From positions 1 through 60,719 of the IMG/VR virus record IMGVR_UViG_3300033143_005582: DNA of 60,719 nt. One strand, given 5' to 3'. Positions 38,281 through 46,966 of this stretch are shown one piece after another. The DNA is from a virus (lineage: Duplodnaviria; Caudoviricetes). The translations under genes were made by a program, and so were the position numbers. The first letter of the stretch is position 1. Each line of letters starts with the position of its first letter. The notes beneath the pieces were generated by a model. That model was not told the DNA's origin. It made no database searches and saw nothing but the letters and a program-made list of their open reading frames with translations.

Positions 38281-38421
38281 GTTGTTTAGAGAATAAATAA
38301 AGAGAATTAAATGTTAGGAGATGCTTTAGATAAAAAAAATAAAGGAACTTATAAAAGAATTAAATAAACAATCTAAATAGGAACTTATCCTATTTAGAAT
38401 ATTAACAAACAATAAAGGGAA

Positions 38422-38676
38422 ATGATGAGTATAAAAACATTTGAAGAGTTAGAGAAAAAATTAGAAATATACGGATTTAGACATAATGATAGTTTACAAA
38501 ACCCAGCTTGTGTTGATGACAGCGGATTAAATTTAATTGAAAAAGGAAACGGCGAAGCTACTTTAAGATTGCATACAGACTTTGGTAAATTTTGGAGTTT
38601 CCCTAAGGCGAAGTATCATTTAATTTTTAATCTCATAAACTCAATTAAAGCATTAAAGGAGTGTGAAGATGAATGA
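38422..38676 (+). CDS. Hypothetical protein
   Basis: After stem-loop 5; RBS AAGGGA. Confidence 0.55.
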   Translation: MMSIKTFEELEKKLEIYGFRHNDSLQNPACVDDSGLNLIEKGNGEATLRLHTDFGKFWSFPKAKYHLIFNLINSIKALKECEDE

Positions 38677-38825
38677 AGAAGTATGTTTTTTAGCACAAAG
38701 TATTTTATTAAATTTGTATACATTTACATTATTATTAATTGCAATAAATTTATGTTTATGGATTTTTATAAAACAAATCAAAATAGCAAGGAAATTATTA
38801 AACAAACCAAAAGAGGATAAATAAT

Positions 38826-39221
38826 ATGACAATGTATACAAGCTTAAATTTGAACAAGGCTTTAAAAGAGGCTGGGTGTGAGTTAGAGAGTGAGATGAAA
38901 TGGGTTGGAAATAAATTAAAAAATGCTGATGTTGACGGATATAGGAATAATTGGGCAGATGATATTTACCCAGCTTACGATATTCTATGGGATATATGTG
39001 TAAGGTTTCCAATTGAATTTTTTGGACAAAAATATATTCTTGAAACAATCAACACAATAAATTCTTTTAATAATTTACCAACACAATTAAAGACAATAGC
39101 GTATGAATATTATCCTGAAAGGATTTTAAGAATGCTACAACAAAACAAACCACAGAAAGAAATTGAGGACTATATTCGGGAGAACACAATTTTTAATAAA
39201 AAAAATAAAAAGGGAAAATGA
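38826..39221 (+). CDS. Hypothetical phage protein
   Basis: TSLNLNKALKEAG...YPAYD pattern; RBS GAGG. Confidence 0.6.
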   Translation: MTMYTSLNLNKALKEAGCELESEMKWVGNKLKNADVDGYRNNWADDIYPAYDILWDICVRFPIEFFGQKYILETINTINSFNNLPTQLKTIAYEYYPERILRMLQQNKPQKEIEDYIRENTIFNKKNKKGK

Positions 39222-40577
39222 GAAAAGAAGACAAAGAATTTACAAAAAAATTCCAAAAGGAAAGTAAAGACTATTTAGAAAATTTACACAAAGAACCAAA
39301 AGAGAAAGATGGAAGCTTTTTTGCAATTGTAATTATAGGGTTATCGCTTATAGTAATATTATTTTTTGGGTTTTATCAAAATATTAAAATTAAATTATGA
39401 ACGCAAAAAAGAAAATAAGAATATCTTTAATATTAAAAACTTATAAACAATCAATATTTGATTTATTGATAACACCAATATTACAATTATTAGTGTTTAT
39501 TCCTCATACACTTTTTGTGATTTATGCCCTAATTTTAGTAGCAATTGGAAAAAATAATTATATAAAAAAAGATGTTGAGTAATTTAATGGTTTGTGTTAT
39601 AATAACAGTATGTATTATATGTGGTTTTCTTATTTACAATGACAAAGTTTATGATGATAAATCTGACCGTAATTTCAATAAAATATTTGGAAGTATTTTG
39701 ATTGGAGCAGGGAATTTGATAATATTATATTTTATTAATAATTGAAAAAAAAATGAAAGAGAAAAGAAAAGAAGTTTTAATCAAAAAATTAAAAATTATT
39801 TCTGTGAAAGCTTCAATGATTATTGTATTATTATTTATTTTTTCAAGTTTTCATAAACTTGAAGGATATTCTTTAGCAATGGGTATAGTAATCGGTTATG
39901 CCATAGAACAAACCGAAGATTTAATGGAAAAATATTTAAATAAAGAAATATGAAAAAACTATCAAAAATTTATTTAAAAAATTTAGAATCTCCAATAACA
40001 AACTTTTTATGTGGAATATTAGGTTTAATAATACTATCTTTTGCTCTTACTGCATTAGTATTATTCTTTGCTTTTTTAGAAAAATACCCTCGGCAAAGCT
40101 GTTTATATTTCTTCGGCGGTTGGGGTCTTTTAATATTAATAATTATTTTAATAAAGATTTTTATAGACTCTTATAAAGAATATAAAGAACAATAAGGAAA
40201 AAATGAAAAAATATTTAAAAATGTACTTTAAAAACTTATATAATGCTTTAAAATTAATTATTAAACATATTCCACAATTTTTATTAATAATATTTTTATT
40301 ACTACCAGCTATAACACCATTAATTTTAATTGAAAGAATAGCATATAAAAATAAAGAACTTATATCTTTAAAATGTATGATGTTATGGTTGTTATGGTGT
40401 TTAGTATATGGATTTTTAATAGTTAGTGCTTTAAATACTTATGAAGAATGGAAATCAATAAAAGAAAATAATAAAAGAAAAAACAATTCTTCTAAAGGCA
40501 AAGATTTAGCAAATGATAAAAATAGAGAATTAAAAAAAAGAAAGAATAGATATAGAAAAATAAAACAAAAAAAATGA
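39218..40577 (+). CDS. Cluster of small membrane proteins (39218-39400, 39397-39582, short ORF from 39572, 39753-39953, 39950-40195, 40203-40577)
   Basis: Each has one or two hydrophobic helices; overlapping start/stop codons. Confidence 0.6.
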
Positions 40578-40811
40578 AAAGTAAAAAGTTAAAAGTTAAA
40601 TAGACACGAAAGAAGAAAAGCAGAAAAACACTTAGGAAAATGTAAATTAATTTTTAAACATAAACAAACAAAGAAAAAAATAATTGTTAACTATACATTT
40701 AAAACAAAGCCAACAATTAATGAGATGTTAAGAGCAATAAAAATTGACAAAAAGCCAGTTGATAAGGCGGATTATGATTATAAGATTGTACCGATAAGGG
40801 GGTGTAAATGA
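40574..40811 (+). pseudogene. Small gene frameshifted by a 7-bp tandem duplication
   Basis: AAAAGTT x2 at 40584-40597; removing one copy restores a 76-aa ORF with ATGA overlaps at both ends. Confidence 0.6.
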
Positions 40812-41052
40812 AAAAATCTATTGCAAATAGAATTACCACAAAGAATAAAGGGATTACTACAAAGAAATTTTATGATAATAAAGGAAATTGGTTAAAGACA
40901 ACGCATACTTTTATTTATCAAAGAACTATTTGTGAAAAGATTTATAAATATTTAAAATCAAATCTCGTCCATTTTAGATTAAGTTAAAAAAACAATAGAC
41001 TTTTAAATCAATATATGAAATAAATAAACTATAATTAATAATTTGTTTGTTT

Positions 41053-41550
41053 ATGGCTAATGAGAAGAATTTAAAACCTCCTTTTTCAAAAGATAGCCCC
41101 GAGTGTAGCCCCGAGATTGCAAGAATAAATGGAAGAAAAGGAGGATTAAAATCAAGTAAAGTAAAAAAACAAAAAAAAGAAGAACAAAAAGAAAAGCAAA
41201 AATTCGCTGATATTTTTAATATAATATTAGAAACTGAAACAAAAGATGAAGAATTAAAAAAGAAAATTAAAGAAATATACCCTGATTTAAAACCGAACAA
41301 TAAGAATTTAGTTGTAATTGAGCATTTTACGAGAATGTTTAAAAAATCAAAAGAAAAGACTACAAAAGGAAAAGATGGCGAGATAATTATTACTAAAACC
41401 AAAGGAATAAGCGATAAAGACTTTTTAAATTTTGAAGAATTTTTGAGAGACTCCGTTGGTGAAAAACCTAAAGACGATTTTAACTTCAATCCTAATATCA
41501 ATATAATCGTTGATTCTAAAAAGAAAAAAGAGTTAATGGATAAAATTTAA
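41053..41550 (+). CDS. Putative terminase small subunit
   Basis: MANEKNLKP...ARINGRKGG N-terminus and LRDSVGEKP C-terminal motif typical of TerS-like proteins. Confidence 0.65.
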   Translation: MANEKNLKPPFSKDSPECSPEIARINGRKGGLKSSKVKKQKKEEQKEKQKFADIFNIILETETKDEELKKKIKEIYPDLKPNNKNLVVIEHFTRMFKKSKEKTTKGKDGEIIITKTKGISDKDFLNFEEFLRDSVGEKPKDDFNFNPNINIIVDSKKKKELMDKI

Positions 41551-41559
41551 TAAAAAATC

Positions 41560-41588
41560 TTGACAAATAACAAAATATTTTGTATATT
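41560..41588 (+). promoter_or_regulatory. Sigma70 promoter
   Basis: TTGACA-17-TATATT. Confidence 0.6.
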
Positions 41589-41627
41589 CTCTACTATAGA
41601 TGTCAAGTATCAAAAAAACGTATTTTA

Positions 41628-41810
41628 ATGCTAAAAAATAAAGAAATTAGAGAACTTTTAAGACAAAATAGAGGAGACTTTGTTAAGTTTCAAAAATTCT
41701 TAAAAGTAGAAAGTCGTCAAGCTTTAGAATATCGTTTGAAGGATAATAAAATTAAAAACAATCTTGACGGAGTTTATAAAGAGTTTTTAATTAATCAAAA
41801 AGGAATATAA
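41628..41810 (+). CDS. Small HTH-like protein
   Basis: FQKFLKVESRQALEYRLK; likely start ATG 41628. Confidence 0.5.
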   Translation: MLKNKEIRELLRQNRGDFVKFQKFLKVESRQALEYRLKDNKIKNNLDGVYKEFLINQKGI

Positions 41811-41811
41811 A

Positions 41812-42527
41812 ATGCTAAATATTATGAACAAATACGAGTTTATATCATTATTATTATTTATACCATTTGCAATATATTTTTTAAATATATTATCAAAATT
41901 TATTTATAGGAAATCAATAAATCCTACTTTGAAAAAATTATATAGAGCAAAAGCAATGTATGAAAATATAGAAAAATTTGACTCAAGTATAATAAGAATG
42001 GTTTTAGATTGTGATTTATATTGTTATTATATCAAAAAGGATAAGGATTTATTGGATTTTGTGAATAAGGTTTTAGTTAAGGTTGGGAGAAAGAAAATAT
42101 GAAAACAGATTTAAAAATATGGGAATATATATTTATAGGTATAATAATGCTTCCAATAGGTTTTTATTGTACATTGCAATTCACGATGTGGTTTTATTGG
42201 TTTATTAATATTTTTGATAAAACAATGAAAAAAGTTAATTTTTTAAAAAAATATTTAGAAATTGATTTTAATAAAATAAATAAAATAACTTATAAGAAAA
42301 TACAAAAAAAATTTGAAGAAATTGGAATAATAATAGACTGTTTTTCTATTTATGATAAAAAATATGCATCAATTTGCCTTTTTATAATAGAAAAAAATAG
42401 TAATAATTTAACTTCTTGTTTAAAAGAAGATTTTTATAGTGATATATGGCAAAATACAAAATTTATAGATGCTAAATATAAATTAAAAGAATTAGAAAAA
42501 ATAACTATTGAGGATTTTTTAAAATGA
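41812..42527 (+). CDS. Two N-terminally anchored membrane hypotheticals (41812-42102, 42099-42527)
   Basis: Single N-terminal TM each; ATGA overlap. Confidence 0.55.
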
Positions 42528-42727
42528 AACAAGTTAATTTTATAGAAGCAATTAAATATGCTAACCAAGGTAAAAAAGTTTATTCAGCAGGCTTTACTAA
42601 AAAATTTTATTTAGTAATTGAAATAAACAATAAAACTGATGTAGAAGTTTTTATTAAAGATGAAGAAGGAAACTCTTTTATTAACATAGAGTTTTACTTA
42701 AACAAATGGAGTGTTGAAAATGAGTAA
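42524..42727 (+). CDS. Small protein with DUF2829/Tad2-like termini
   Basis: NFIEAIKYANQGKKV...KWSV. Confidence 0.45.
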   Translation: MKQVNFIEAIKYANQGKKVYSAGFTKKFYLVIEINNKTDVEVFIKDEEGNSFINIEFYLNKWSVENE

Positions 42728-43055
42728 AAATAGAATGGATATGATACCGCTTAATGAAGAATTTACAATTGATAATTTAAAAAGCATTTGCAAACAATAT
42801 AAAATTAATGTTTTTATCTTAACAGAATTAGGTTCGGTCAATTATTTTGTTAAAACAGAAAAACAAAAATCAAAAGTTATTAAATTATGACTCTTTTAGA
42901 GGCTATTAAAGGTTCTTTTGAAAATATTAAAAAACATAATATAGATATATCTAATTTAAAAACTGATGGAATTTCAATAACTATATTGAAATCAATTGAT
43001 ACAAAAGTTGATGATAGAGTAATTATTGATTTAAAATTACAAAAAAAATTAAAAA

Positions 43056-43283
43056 ATGAGTAAAAAAATTAAACCACAAATAATAAGTATAGATACAGCG
43101 GTTAAACCAAACAAAAGAACAAAAACAAAAAGACCAATACCTCCGCCACCTCCGCCACCTCCGCCACCTCCGCCACCTCCGCCACCTCCGCCACCTGATA
43201 AAGGAGATGGAATAAATTTTAAAATTATGTTGTTATTGATAGTAGCAATGATTACTTTTATAATAATGAGTATAATGAATTGA
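43056..43283 (+). CDS. Polyproline (19 P) protein with C-terminal TM anchor
   Basis: (CCTCCGCCA)6+CCT at 43140-43196; hydrophobic C-terminus. Confidence 0.65.
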   Translation: MSKKIKPQIISIDTAVKPNKRTKTKRPIPPPPPPPPPPPPPPPPPPPDKGDGINFKIMLLLIVAMITFIIMSIMN

Positions 43284-43293
43284 ATGAGTTTAA

Positions 43294-43575
43294 ATGTCAG
43301 TATTAAAAGCAATAAAAAATCTAAAGGTAATAGAGAAAGTTCAAAGAATTAGTCTTGATTTTCTTGAAGAGAAGAATAGGGATTTAACTTTATTTTGTGC
43401 CGATAAACAAAATGTTAAAAAATGTTTTAAATGTATAATTGAGTTTTATAAAAAAATTGGTGTAGTAATGATATTTAAAAAAAATGACTTCACTATAATG
43501 AATGAACATAATAAAACTTTAAGTATTATTGATAAAAATGAAATTATTGATTTAGGAGAAATATGTTTAAACTAA
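43294..43575 (+). CDS. Hypothetical protein
   Basis: ORF in operon. Confidence 0.5.
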   Translation: MSVLKAIKNLKVIEKVQRISLDFLEEKNRDLTLFCADKQNVKKCFKCIIEFYKKIGVVMIFKKNDFTIMNEHNKTLSIIDKNEIIDLGEICLN

Positions 43576-43751
43576 TAAAATACATATTAATTCTAATACC
43601 GACTTATCCAATAATCTTTATTATGAGTATTCTTCAATTAATTTTATTGATTATGAAAGGTACGGCAAAGAGTGAGTTTAGTAAAGTTTCTTTTGGGTTA
43701 AGGTATCCGATAAGATTGTTTAATGTAATAGTAAAAAATTAGGGGAAAATT

Positions 43752-44012
43752 ATGCAAAAGAACGAAAAAAAAATAGAGAAACTTAAAGAACAGATAAAGG
43801 TTTTAGAAGAAAAAAAACCAAGAACTGATAGACAAATATTAGAGTCTATTGAAAATCTTTTAGAAAAAATATTGTATAGAATACCAATTAAACCTATCAA
43901 AAGTGAAGAAGAAATTTTAAGAGAAAGTTTACCTTTTGGAACTATTTTACAAAGTGATATAAACAAAAAACCATTAAATACAGAGCGTATTGGCTATGCA
44001 TTAGGGATATAA
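43752..44012 (+). CDS. Hypothetical protein
   Basis: RBS AGGGG. Confidence 0.55.
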   Translation: MQKNEKKIEKLKEQIKVLEEKKPRTDRQILESIENLLEKILYRIPIKPIKSEEEILRESLPFGTILQSDINKKPLNTERIGYALGI

Positions 44013-44046
44013 GAAGACCAGTTTATTAAAAATAAAAAAATAAAAT

Positions 44047-44337
44047 ATGAACATAAAACCACTAAATGAAAGAGTTTTAATTGAACTTAAACCAAAAGAA
44101 GAAATAATCAAAGGAGGAATTATTTTGACAAATCCAAGGAAAAAAGATTATAGAGAAGGTATTGTTAGAGCCATAGGAAAAGGTTATAGACTTAAAGATG
44201 GTACAATCAGACCTTTAGAGGTTAAAAAAGGCGATAAAGTCGTATTTGGCAAATTTGATGGATCAGAGGTTGTTTTAAAAGGAAAATCAACGGTTATTGT
44301 AAGTGAAAGGCATATTTTGGGGGTAATTGATGAGTGA
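44047..44337 (+). CDS. groES: Co-chaperonin GroES
   Basis: IKPLNERVLI, GGIIL mobile loop, PLEVKKGDKVVFGKFDGSEV, ILGVI. Confidence 0.96.
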   Translation: MNIKPLNERVLIELKPKEEIIKGGIILTNPRKKDYREGIVRAIGKGYRLKDGTIRPLEVKKGDKVVFGKFDGSEVVLKGKSTVIVSERHILGVIDE

Positions 44338-44445
44338 AATTAAAAATATAAATGATTTTAGAGAAAAAGATAATGAAATTGATGAGTTGAGAAAAATTAT
44401 ATATTTTTCTTTAAAAGAAAGAATTAAAAGATTTTTTAATAAATT

Positions 44446-44871
44446 ATGGAGAAAATAATAAATATAGAAATAATAGAAAATATATTTTATATAATTTGTT
44501 TTATTTTAGGAAGTATTATATTTATTTATATTGGTTATAATAAATATAAAGAGCTTAAAAGCTCTAATAAAATAATTAAAACAAATTTACTCTTTTCTTT
44601 AAAAAGACAATATGAAAATAAAAGTGAAATTAAAAGATTTGGGGATAAAGATTTGATTATAAAAAATATTTTAAAATATAGTAAATATGCTTATTTATCA
44701 AGATGTCAAGGATTGATAGATTTTGTTGAAAAAATTAAAAACAAAGAAGATGATATATTATTTTCAGGGAAAGAATGCAGAAAATTAAAAAAAGGTGAAA
44801 AAAATGGATTTACATGTTCTTCTTTTAAGATAGACAAACTTTTTAAAAAACTTTTTAAAAATGTTAGATAA
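44446..44871 (+). CDS. Membrane-anchored hypothetical protein
   Basis: N-terminal TM. Confidence 0.5.
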   Translation: MEKIINIEIIENIFYIICFILGSIIFIYIGYNKYKELKSSNKIIKTNLLFSLKRQYENKSEIKRFGDKDLIIKNILKYSKYAYLSRCQGLIDFVEKIKNKEDDILFSGKECRKLKKGEKNGFTCSSFKIDKLFKKLFKNVR

Positions 44872-45067
44872 AGACAAATTTATTCGTAAAAAAATGGAAC
44901 AGATTTGTTTAAAGAATGGCATAACTTTAGAAAAGGCGACTTTATCTGTTAGTTTTTGGATTGGAACTTATGCTAAAGTAGGAAAAATATCAGATGAAAA
45001 ACAAATTGAAATTGGCGATTTATTGAATAAGGGTTATCAAAGGGGATTGTTTGGGGAGGAATTGTGA
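44861..45067 (+). CDS. Hypothetical protein
   Basis: Coupled ORF. Confidence 0.5.
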   Translation: MLDKDKFIRKKMEQICLKNGITLEKATLSVSFWIGTYAKVGKISDEKQIEIGDLLNKGYQRGLFGEEL

Positions 45068-45417
45068 AGAAAAAAACCATAACAACATTTAGAAAAGCTT
45101 GTTTACAAAGCAATCCTTTTCTTTTTATAGACCCAGAAGGCAACAAAGAAGTTTATAGAATAAAGCACGGAGAATTAGAACAATTTAGTATAGAAGATGG
45201 AAATGTTTGGTTAGGGACTTTTATTCCTTGCACTCAATGGCTTATGGGAGTTTGTGTCAAAAAAGTTGAAATTTTTGATAAAGATGAGTGTGTTTTATGC
45301 AAAATATACAATAAACCTAATAAAGAAACTTTACAAGCTTTAAGAGACTCAAGAAGTGGAAAAAACCTTATTGAATGTAAAAGTATTAAAGAATTATTTA
45401 AAGAATGTTGGAAATGA
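45064..45417 (+). CDS. Protein with RelB/DinJ-like C-terminal antitoxin motif
   Basis: PNKETLQALRDSRSGKNLIECKSIKELFKE. Confidence 0.6.
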   Translation: MKKKTITTFRKACLQSNPFLFIDPEGNKEVYRIKHGELEQFSIEDGNVWLGTFIPCTQWLMGVCVKKVEIFDKDECVLCKIYNKPNKETLQALRDSRSGKNLIECKSIKELFKECWK

Positions 45418-45433
45418 ATGATATGAGGATAAA

Positions 45434-46060
45434 ATGAAACAATATAAAAAATTTGAGGAAGAATTTAATTATAGTCAACAAGTTTATTTTATTAAAGAAC
45501 AAATTTTAATGGCTCAAAACGAAATTAAAAAATATAATGGAAAAACTGAATTTGTAAAAGGTAAACAAGGTCATAAAAACGACAATGTGCAAACGCCAGT
45601 ACATATTGCCAAGAAAATAATAGATATATTCTATGTAGAACTTTATAGAAATTTTCATAATAGCGAACTTAAAGTTCTTGACCCGTTTAAAGGATTAGGA
45701 GCTTTTTATAATAATTTTCCTATACATACTAATAATTTATGGTGCGAAATAAAAGAAGGCAAAGATTTCTTTGATTTTCACGAAAAAGTAGACTGGATTA
45801 TATCCAATCCTCCTTATAGTATTTTTGATAAGGTTTTGGATCATTCTTTTGAAATTGCTGACAATGTTGTTTATTTAGTGCCTTTAAGTAAAGTAGTTTC
45901 AAGTATGGGAAGAATAAGAAAGATTGCAAAATATGGTGGAGTACCTTTTATTTGGATTATTGGAGCGAGTAAATGCGGTTTTCCTTTTGGATTTCCTGCT
46001 TGTGCAATACATTTCCAAAGAGGATATAAAGGTGAAACTGAAATAAAGATTGATAAATGA
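45434..46060 (+). CDS. Small N6-adenine DNA methyltransferase
   Basis: QTP, VLDPFKGLGAF, DFF, IISNPPYS. Confidence 0.85.
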   Translation: MKQYKKFEEEFNYSQQVYFIKEQILMAQNEIKKYNGKTEFVKGKQGHKNDNVQTPVHIAKKIIDIFYVELYRNFHNSELKVLDPFKGLGAFYNNFPIHTNNLWCEIKEGKDFFDFHEKVDWIISNPPYSIFDKVLDHSFEIADNVVYLVPLSKVVSSMGRIRKIAKYGGVPFIWIIGASKCGFPFGFPACAIHFQRGYKGETEIKIDK

Positions 46061-46683
46061 TAAATCTATACAAAATATTAGGAATTAAAAAAAGCGACAA
46101 CAAAACAACCATCAAAAAAGCTTATCATAAACTTTCTAAAATTCATCACCCTGACACGGGAGGAGATGCTGAAAAGTTTAAAATGATTGATAAAGCTTAT
46201 AAAATCTTAATAGACGATGATAAAAGAAAAAGATATGATAAAGGGGAAAATGTTGATAGTATTTTAAGAAGTAAAAATGATAACAATGAAGAAATTAAAA
46301 TAATAAATGATATTTTTTTTCAACTTATGGAAAAACAAAATTCCGAAAATGTCAATATAATAGAACAAATTGATGAAAGTATTGATTTAAATATCTCAAA
46401 TGTTAGTAAAACTATTTTAGAATTAAGTACGAGTATAGGAAATTATAAGACTTTTTTAAAGAAATTAAAACATAAAAATAAAAAAAATAATTTAATGATA
46501 CAAATTTCAAATGGACATATTATTATTAAAAATAAAAAATTAGAAATTTTTAAAAATAAAAAGAATAATCTTGAAAAAGCTAAAAAATTAATAAAAGATT
46601 ATGATTATGATATAGTTGAAGAAATAAAATTTATTGTTAATAGTTTTTCATCAGCAATTACGGGAGGAGATTTTATTATTTAA
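46057..46683 (+). CDS. J-domain (DnaJ-type) protein
   Basis: LYKILG..IKKAY..HHPDTGG..AYKIL..RKRYD. Confidence 0.92.
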   Translation: MINLYKILGIKKSDNKTTIKKAYHKLSKIHHPDTGGDAEKFKMIDKAYKILIDDDKRKRYDKGENVDSILRSKNDNNEEIKIINDIFFQLMEKQNSENVNIIEQIDESIDLNISNVSKTILELSTSIGNYKTFLKKLKHKNKKNNLMIQISNGHIIIKNKKLEIFKNKKNNLEKAKKLIKDYDYDIVEEIKFIVNSFSSAITGGDFII

Positions 46684-46726
46684 TATAATTTGTTATAACT
46701 CTTCCCACCTTATAAATTAATTAATT

Positions 46727-46966
46727 ATGCCAAGAAAAAAAATAATAAAAAATAAAATAAAATCATCTGCAGTAATGATCGCTGAGTTTTTTTTAAAAAA
46801 TAATATCTCAAAAGATGAATCAATAAATATAATAGCTTTTATTTTATGGGGAATGGAACAAAGTAAAGCTTTAAACATAAATAGAAAAGAAATTTTTGAT
46901 AAATTAAAATCTAATATTGAAGCTGTTGATAAAATAAATAAAACAAAAAAGAATGGAAAGTCTTAA
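46727..46966 (+). CDS. Hypothetical protein
   Basis: Overlaps the terL start. Confidence 0.5.
   Translation: MPRKKIIKNKIKSSAVMIAEFFLKNNISKDESINIIAFILWGMEQSKALNINRKEIFDKLKSNIEAVDKINKTKKNGKS

Larger units (their letters stand above)
37442..38398 (+). repeat. Array of five conserved stem-loops between consecutive small ORFs
   Basis: Copies at 37442, 37713, 38048, 38265, 38372; consensus TCTAAATA(AC/GA/GGA)-loop-TATTTAGA. Confidence 0.88.

Noticed and set aside
38321-38329. In-frame TAG as evidence of stop-codon recoding
   Set aside because: Conserved genes are full-length under code 11, and several end in TAG
37442-38398. Stem-loop array as CRISPR, canonical attC or dif/pdif sites
   Set aside because: Spacing is 107-335 bp and gene-filled; units are much shorter than attC and lack GTTRRRY; arms and spacers do not fit XerC/D 11-6-11 geometry
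43049-43312. Poly-glycine ORF on the minus strand
   Set aside because: Shadow of the polyproline gene, which matches operon direction
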